A stretch of 5,370 bases of DNA, taken from positions 1-5,370 of the forward strand of contig NW_021830062.1 of the NCBI RefSeq assembly GCF_006345805.1, written 5' to 3'. The stretch comes from Octopus sinensis (Eukaryota). The notes under the pieces are model-generated. The model was not told where the DNA came from, did no database searches, and worked only from the letters and a program-made list of their open reading frames with translations. This document shows, in pieces, positions 1-5,370 of this stretch (the first letter of the stretch is position 1; each line of letters opens with the position of its first letter). Both the position numbers and the translations under genes were made by a program.

Positions 1-770
1 ATTATGGAGATCCATGTTGTCAAATGGGTGGGCTGGAGGAAGGTCACTAGGATTAGCTTTCGGCTGGTGGAATTTCATGTTACAGAGAACCATGTCATGG
101 TCTGAAAGAAGGGTTTTTTCCACTGTAACGTTATGTATATTATTAGTGTGGTTACTAAACACTAGGTCCAAAATGTTCTGATGTCCTGTTGTGCAAGGAC
201 AAGTTGGGACAAGAAAAACTCATTCGTAAAGTCGAAAAGTGACTCTGCTGCTTCTTTGTCAGCGGTTGAGGCGGGAGTGCTTGTTTCAAACAGTTTGTAG
301 TCCAGTCAACACAGTGTAGATTGAAGTCTCCCATCATGATATGTTGCTAGAATGGCACTGTTGAATAAAGCACTTAATGCTGTTAAGGCATTCTTTAAAG
401 CACGTATGGGTGTTTGGGGCGGCCTATAGAGCCCAATTACTGTCAAGTCATTGGCTTTGTTGTGCACGGTGACTGATTCACAGTAGCCGTTGGAGAATAT
501 ACTTTTCCATCTGCCGTAACGATCATGCAGGAAAATGGCAGTTCCACCCTTCCTCCTGCCGATACGACGATCCGCGCGGATGGTTTGTGAATTCTTCACT
601 CTCACTTCGGCTTCCAAGTGGGAGTTGTCAAGGTGGGTCTCGTGTAGAAATGAAGAAAGGGATGTGGTGTGAATGGTTACCAACCCAGTCTTCAATGAAT
701 TGACCTTCCATTTTTGTGCATTGATGGAAGGGCTGACACCTTGTGCATTGAGTAGGAATGAGGAGGTTAG
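1..770 (-). pseudogene. ORF2 N-terminal apurinic/apyrimidinic-type (APE/EEP) endonuclease, frameshifted
   Basis: Motifs occur in canonical order across frames: LNAQG (738-752), ETHL (630-641), RADR..GGTAIF, YRPP (417-428), GDFN (320-331), NILDLVFSN (~152-178), SDH (97-105). Track ORFs 306..695 and 155..337 are fragments of this domain. Confidence 0.92.
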
Positions 771-900
771 TGTAGTGGCTGGTTTTGACTGTTGCAGGGG
801 CTTGGATTTTTGTGTGTGTTAGTGGCAGCAATGTGGGATTGGCGCACTGGGGTAATAGCATAGATGGTGTTGAGTGATGGCTAGAATGTTTTTGTGTATC

Positions 901-932
901 TCTTTTACCATGTTCAACATGGCTAAAAAAGA
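901..932 (-). other. Candidate -1 frameshift heptamer T TTT TTA (930-924) within an imperfect inverted repeat
   Basis: Minus strand reads AAT TCT TTT TTA GCC ATG TTG AAC ATG GTA AAA GA. The heptamer is in X XXY YYZ phase with the ENSFL frame, and CCATGTT-G-AACATGG (908-922) is a perfect 7-bp inverted repeat. Confidence 0.35.
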
Positions 933-1637
933 ATTTTCCTGCTTAGGAGCATTTTTTGGCTAGAGGTGTGGTTGCACTGTTGATAGGTTGTAGTTTCCAC
1001 TTTTGTTGTTGTTGTTTTTGTGTCTTCCTGAAAGACTGGACCAGCATTACTGCAGCATGGTGTGTTTCTATTTTTTTTTTATCAGGTTTTGTGTGTTGGC
1101 TTGAAGCCCCGTTTCTGTTTGTGCGTCGGGTCCCTGGAAGATGAGTGAAGGGACAGTCCTCAGTAACATTTTCTCTCACGTTGGGAATACCGGCAGATTT
1201 TGGGACTCCGAGTTGTGTGTGTTTTGAATTTCGATTTACTATTTGGTGGTGTTTGATGTTATTGTGGGATGCGTGCTTTGGCCTTGGCCGGTAGTGTCTC
1301 TAGTGCCGCGTAGAGGCGTGAAGATGCAGTCACTATTTGTGCAAGTCTCTGGCGCAGTGAATAGCGGCATATTTGGGGATTTCTTGTTTGTGCCGTGGGG
1401 GGCGCATTCTGCTTCCTATGTTTCTTTAAGTTTTTGTTACTGCAGTAGTATTGAGGTGGTGATGTGGGGGAAGAGGGCAGTGGTTTCTTATTTGGTTTTC
1501 TGTTGGTATTTTTGGTGATAGAAGCCGATGGTGGCAGCGGTGGTGATGATGATGATGATAATTGTGGTGGTTGCTGTGAGAGCGTGAAAAGATACTGGCA
1601 TTTAGTGAATCATCTAGTAAGCTAGAGTTGAGGAGTG

Positions 1638-1784
1638 GCTGTTGTTGTTCTTGTTGCTGTGGCTGTTGTTGTTGTTGTTGTGCTTGACCGATGTTAGGGT
1701 CAGCCATTGTGCTGGGAACCAGGAGTGGCTCATTCTGTTGTGTTGTTGTTGTGGCTGCTGATTTTCTAGCTGTTGTTGTTCTTG
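1638..1784 (-). repeat. Two (CAA/CAG)n trinucleotide blocks encoding polyQ in ORF1
   Basis: TTG/CTG runs on + at ~1638-1682 and ~1735-1784, each followed on the minus strand by AGCCACTCCT (PLL). Confidence 0.85.
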
Positions 1785-2036
1785 AACTGTGAAAATATGA
1801 AGAAGCTTTTCATAATGGCCTTTTGTCAGTTTGAAAGATACTTCGATATGTTTCATTTTTGCCACGAATCTGTTTGACGGATCGTGTGTTGACCACTTGT
1901 GATGTTTTTTCGGCAATCTCATTCAAACACAAAACATTTAGATTTTCTGTTGGGAAAGAGAGAACCATGTGTTTATTAAAACATCAATTTCGTTATCAGA
2001 CCAATTTCGTCTGTTGCAGGCCTGCAAGTTAGTCAT

Positions 2037-2354
2037 GTTTGTTTTTCTTTTGTTTGTTTTCCTTTTGATTTTGAAAATATATATATTCTTTCTTGGGAGT
2101 TAAAGAAGTGTATATATATATAAATGTTCTCTCTTAAGGGTGTGAGTTTTTGATTATTTGGTTGTTGAGGATATTAAAAGAAAACAGGTGTATATAACAA
2201 TTTGTAGTTAAATGAAAAGGTACTTACGGGTTTGTAGGCAAACACGTGGTTACAAATATATATATATTTAAGGTCAGTTAGTTTTGAAGCTGTGTAGCTT
2301 ACTACTGACTTGGGAGAACAAATAGACGTCCGTCCACTTCAACAGTTAATCCAC
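2037..2354 (-). other. Putative 5' UTR of copy A
   Basis: AT-rich, non-coding stretch between the TA array edge and the ATG at 2036. It contains short TA islands at 2077-2086, 2111-2122 and 2256-2267. Confidence 0.55.
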
Positions 2355-2358
2355 ATAT
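2324..2358 (-). promoter_or_regulatory. Possible internal Pol II promoter element (DPE-like GGACGT) near the 5' end of copy A
   Basis: Minus strand GTGGACGGACGTCT at 2337-2324. GGACGT at 2331-2326 would be +28 to +33 if +1 were 2358. There is no good Inr match. Confidence 0.25.
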
Positions 2359-2526
2359 TATATATATATACATACATATATATATATATATATATTATAA
2401 TTATATATTATATATATAATATATATATTGTATATATATCAGATACATATATATACATATATATAATATACAGATACATATATATATATATATATATACA
2501 TATATTATAATACATATATATATACC

Positions 2527-2596
<70 letters not shown>

Positions 2597-2985
2597 AACA
2601 TATATACATATATATATATATAATATATATATATATAAACACATATTATATATATATATACGCATATATATACATATATATATTTATATACATATATATA
2701 TATATATTACACACACACACACATATATATATATACACATATATATATTACGCATATATACATCTATATATTTATATACATATATATATATATATACACA
2801 CACACATATATATATAACACATATATATATATACGCATATATATACATATATATATTTATATACATATATATATATATATACACTACACACACATATATA
2901 TATACACTATAATATAAATATATATATAATATATGTACACACACACACATATTATATATATACACACATATATATATATATGCAC

Positions 2986-3018
<33 letters not shown>

Positions 3019-3132
3019 TATATAATATATATATATACTATATATATATATATATATTTACACATAATATATATATTATACATAATATATATATATAGAT
3101 ATACATAATATTTATATATATATATATATATA

Positions 3133-3172
<40 letters not shown>

Positions 3173-3221
3173 ATCTATACACATTATATATATATATACA
3201 CATATATATATATATATATAT
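2355..3221. repeat. Compound (TA)n microsatellite with (CA)n/TACA interruptions, ~865 bp
   Basis: Directly visible alternating A/T with interspersed C and very few G on the + strand. Confidence 0.99.
2641..2900. repeat. Higher-order ~83-90-bp tandem repeat (3 copies) inside the microsatellite
   Basis: The anchor ACGCATATATA..CAT.TATATA..TTTATATACATATATATATA..ACACACA recurs, with its G at 2662, 2752 and 2835. Confidence 0.75.
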
Positions 3222-3222
3222 T

Positions 3223-3240
3223 GATTCTGATTTTGATTTT
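3223..3240 (-). repeat. 3' terminal tandem-repeat tail AAAATC-AAAATC-AGAATC
   Basis: The + strand shows GATTCT GATTTT GATTTT at 3223-3240, directly adjoining the TA array. Confidence 0.75.
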
Positions 3241-3248
3241 TCCAGTTT

Positions 3249-3262
3249 CAGCTTATGAGCTG
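3249..3262 (-). other. 3' stem-loop CAGCT-CATA-AGCTG upstream of the tail
   Basis: 5-bp stem with a 4-nt loop, 8 nt from the tail. CR1/L2-type LINEs use a 3' stem-loop plus short repeats for RT recognition. Confidence 0.5.
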
Positions 3263-5370
3263 TGGCCATGCTGGGGCAACCGCCATTTGGTGTTGCTACT
3301 TGGTTTCACTTCATAAGGCTTTCTAGCAGCTGCTATTTGGTGCATGAGAGAGTTCGATGCAGCTGCCCTCATCTGCCCCTCCTGCCGTGAAGTTGGTTCA
3401 TCTGGGACACCTGACAGGAAGAGATCCAGCTTCATTTTAAAGACATCTGTATCCACCCCATGCAGGTATCTCAGGTTCTTCGGGAGGATATTGAAGAGCT
3501 GTGGGCCTCGGAAGCCCAGGCTATCACAGAAACATCTTGATGGCAAGTTGGAGTCCTAGGCACCACGCAGTGGCGCCCAGTTCTGGCATTTGCGTAACTC
3601 TCGATGCCAAGTTCAGGACATTCCCTCCAGGATCTTCCAGATGTATATTATGGCATATCTTTCCCGCCTACGCTCCAGGGAATATAATTTTAATCTCCTG
3701 AGTCTTTCCCAGTAGCTACATTCTGCATAGAGGCTATCTTCTTCGTGTAGCTACGTTGGATCGCCTCGAGCTCTGTGATCAACTTGACACTGGATGGTGA
3801 CCATAACTGAGAGCAATAGTCAAAGTGGCTTAGGACAAGTGTCCTCCAGAGGACCATCATGGTTTCTTGTTCTCTTGTTCTAAAGGTTCTGAGGATCCAT
3901 CCGGCCAGTCGTCTACATTTCATTGCCTATTTAGCTACATGTACACGAAAGGTCGCGTCATCACTCATGTAAATACCTAGGTCACGCACTGATTGTGCCT
4001 CTGGGATTGCTATTCCTCCGGGTCCAGTGTATTCATTGGGTATTGCATTTAGTTTTGCATGCTGATAGTATAGAGCTTGAAACTTTTCAGCATTGAACTG
4101 CATGCTATTCTTTTCGGCCCACTTGTATATTTTGTCTAGCTCACATTGCAGGTGTTTAGTGTCCTCAGGGTTCTGTATTGCCTGTGAAACTTTGTATCAT
4201 CTGCATAACTTGTGATCGTGGCTCTCTGCGTGGCTGAGGGCATGTCTGAGAGGGCCATTATGAACAGTAGTGGTCCCAGAACAGTGCCTGCGGAACACCG
4301 CTCACTATTTGCGTGTTAATGGAAGTGGCCCCATTGGCCACTACCACCTGACTTCTATCTTTCAGAAAGTCATGAAGCCATTCTCCCAGTTTTCCAACTA
4401 TGTTGAGATCAAGCAGTTTTGACATATCATTCCATGATCGACTTTATCAAAGGCCTTTTGAAAGTCGAGATATATCACTTCCACATTTGAGTGGTTGAGC
4501 AGCCGTTTCAGCACCCAGTCATAGTGTTGTAGGAGCTGAGTTAAACAGCTTCTCCTGGTCGGTAACCATGTTGGGTGTCGGGCAGCAAGTCATTTTCTCA
4601 AGGAAGGTGATCAGCTTCCTTCTGACTATTCGTTCCATGACCTTGCTGATGTGTGAGGTCAGAGAGATAGTTCTATATTTCTTGGCTTCCGCTCTGCTAC
4701 CTCCTTTATGAATGGGGCATATTTTACCTTCCTTCAGTTTTCTTGGAAGTTTGCCAGCTGCAAGGAAGCTCTGAAAGAGGAACTGCAGTGGTCTTGCTAG
4801 GACTCTCTTACATGCTTTAGGAGGATTGCCGGGAATCCATCGGGGCCAGTAGCTGAGTCTGTTTTCATTCATCTATAGCCTTGATTACATCGTCTCCTTT
4901 ATATCGATGTAATCTATCGTCGCCGCCTCTGATTTTATATCTGCAGTGGTAAAAAGTCAGTTGGATTGGTGATTTGGAGATGCCCAAGGGGTGGAGTGAA
5001 AACACTCTTGAATTGCTCATTCAGTATTTCACTTACCCTCATTGGTTTTCCTGTAAGTGCCATCCTTTTCGAGGAGTGGCCCTATTCTACAGTGCACCGT
5101 AGCTGTTTTTTTGGCATACCTGTAGAAAGCTCTGGGGTTAGATTTTATGTTGTCTATAGCCCAGGCTTCTTTGTCTGCTCTCTTTCCGTTTCATGGGAGA
5201 GTTTCAGACATTTTTCGATTTCCAACAGTTTTATTTTTAGGCGGGACTTTTCACTGCTTTCAAACTGTTTGTTTAGGCGATTTGAAAATTTTGTACGCTG
5301 TCTCATTAGAATTTTCCTCACTCTGGGGATTTTGTTCTTGTGTACAGTGGCCTTTCTCTCTGGGACATAT
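3253..5370 (-). pseudogene. ORF2 reverse transcriptase and C-terminal region, ~15 frameshifts and one in-frame stop
   Basis: Joined frames give IKSNPRAFYRYAKK, ILNEQFKSVFT, SATGPDGFPAILLK, PIHKGGSRAEAKKYRTISLTSHISKVMERIV, QHGYRPG-RSCLTQLL, YLDFQKAFDKVDH (4434-4472), GVPQG-TVLGPLLF (~4261-4299), SYADDTK (YADD 4196-4207), FNAEKFQ, VRDLGI, DYCSQLWSP, FNILP..LR..FK.KLDLFL..PDEP, RAAASNSL. In-frame TAG at 3927-3929. Confidence 0.96.

Larger units (their letters stand above)
819..2036 (-). pseudogene. LINE ORF1, frameshifted: Myb/SANT-like N-terminus, polyQ and Ser/Pro linker, two CCCH-type fingers, ENSFL C-terminal segment
   Basis: ATG at 2036 in an A-rich context (AAACAAACATGA). Joined frames give MTNLQACNRRNWSDNEIDVLINTWFSLSQQK..NEIAEKTSQVVNTRSVKQIRGKMKHIEVSFK..QQQ..SSSSSPPLPP..PQICRYSLRQRLCTNSDCIFTPLRGTR..PKICRYSQRERKCxTEDCPFTHLPGTRR..ENSFLAMLNMVKEIHKNIL. 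The first stop in the ENSFL frame is TAA at 819-821. Exact frame joins are inferred. Confidence 0.72.
1..2354 (-). mobile_element. CR1-group LINE, copy A: 5' half (5' UTR, ORF1, APE endonuclease), truncated by the left window edge
   Basis: Minus-strand order is UTR, then ORF1 with CCCH-type fingers, then APE motifs. The 5' boundary is placed where unique sequence meets the TA array; that position is inferred. Confidence 0.88.
3222..5370 (-). mobile_element. CR1-group LINE, copy B: 3' half (linker, RT, C-terminus, 3' tail), truncated by the right window edge
   Basis: Continuous ORF2 homology from 5370 to 3253, then a stem-loop and a short tandem-repeat tail instead of poly(A). The C-terminal YWERLRRLKLYSLERRRERY resembles the CR1-type motif. 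Clade assignment is by motif recognition only. Confidence 0.92.

Noticed and set aside
1071-1080. T10 run (A10 on minus) as a poly(A) tail or element boundary
   Set aside because: It lies inside ORF1 between the second finger and the ENSFL segment, reads as Lys codons, and has no TSD or polyadenylation context.
956-1518. Plus-strand ORFs 956..1144 and 1243..1518 (hydrophobic, Cys/Val-rich)
   Set aside because: They are antisense shadows of the C/A-rich ORF1 strand. T/G-rich sequence has few stops and gives hydrophobic residues, and no recognisable motif is present.
1530-1575. Poly-His tract (HHNYHHHHHHRCHH) in track ORF 1426..1707
   Set aside because: It is probably an out-of-frame reading of a (TCA)n Ser run. 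One base restored near the ATCTTTT run gives QQPPQLSSSSSPPLPP, which stays open into the first CCCH finger, whereas the His frame stops at 1426. Not fully excluded without a family consensus.
2014-2027. Perfect 14-bp palindrome TTGCAGGCCTGCAA just after the ORF1 ATG
   Set aside because: About 0.3 such palindromes are expected by chance in 5.4 kb (5370 x 4^-7), and there is no supporting context.
1426-2036. Stand-alone host polyQ/Myb transcription factor gene
   Set aside because: It is colinear and on the same strand as the fingers and APE that follow, with no evident introns and the same frameshift pattern. LINE ORF1 is the simpler reading.
2063-2086. CAAAATCAAAA next to a short TA island, resembling copy B's tail
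   Set aside because: It is a single unit in A-rich sequence, and its order relative to the TA island is the reverse of the true tail-then-TA arrangement.
2641-2900. CRISPR-like repeat-spacer array
   Set aside because: The units are degenerate low-complexity TA/CA with no unique spacers, no cas genes are present, and the context is eukaryotic.
3223-3240. Telomeric repeat
   Set aside because: AAAATC/GATTTT does not match TTAGG or TTAGGG, has only three units, and sits where a LINE tail is expected.
2310-3269. Ile/Tyr-rich ORFs 2310..2510, 2401..2601, 2408..2665, 2684..3013 and 2952..3269
   Set aside because: These are translation artefacts of the (TA)n array, since ATA/TAT codons contain no stops.
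3344-3701. Plus-strand ORFs 3344..3559 and 3501..3701
   Set aside because: They are short antisense overlaps of the ORF2 C-terminus with no recognisable motifs.

Overview
Eukaryotic, repeat-derived window; an invertebrate host is my inference. It holds two CR1-group non-LTR retrotransposon (LINE) segments, both on the minus strand and arranged head-to-tail around an ~865-bp compound (TA)n/(CA)n microsatellite. Copy B (3222-5370, cut by the right edge) supplies the linker, the RT domain (YADD intact), the C-terminus, a 3' stem-loop and an (AAAATC)3 tail that runs straight into the TA array. Copy A (1-~2354, cut by the left edge) starts at the other edge of the array with a ~320-nt 5' UTR, ORF1 and the APE endonuclease. 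Joining frames by hand, ORF1 reads as Myb/SANT-like domain + polyQ and Ser/Pro linker + two C-x8-C-x4-C-x3-H fingers. An in-phase T TTT TTA heptamer inside an inverted repeat lies near the ORF1/ORF2 junction. Nearly all frameshifts are single-base losses in base runs, so some or much of the apparent decay may be long-read error. No host gene, RNA gene or CRISPR array is supported. All protein reconstructions are manual; no database search was run.
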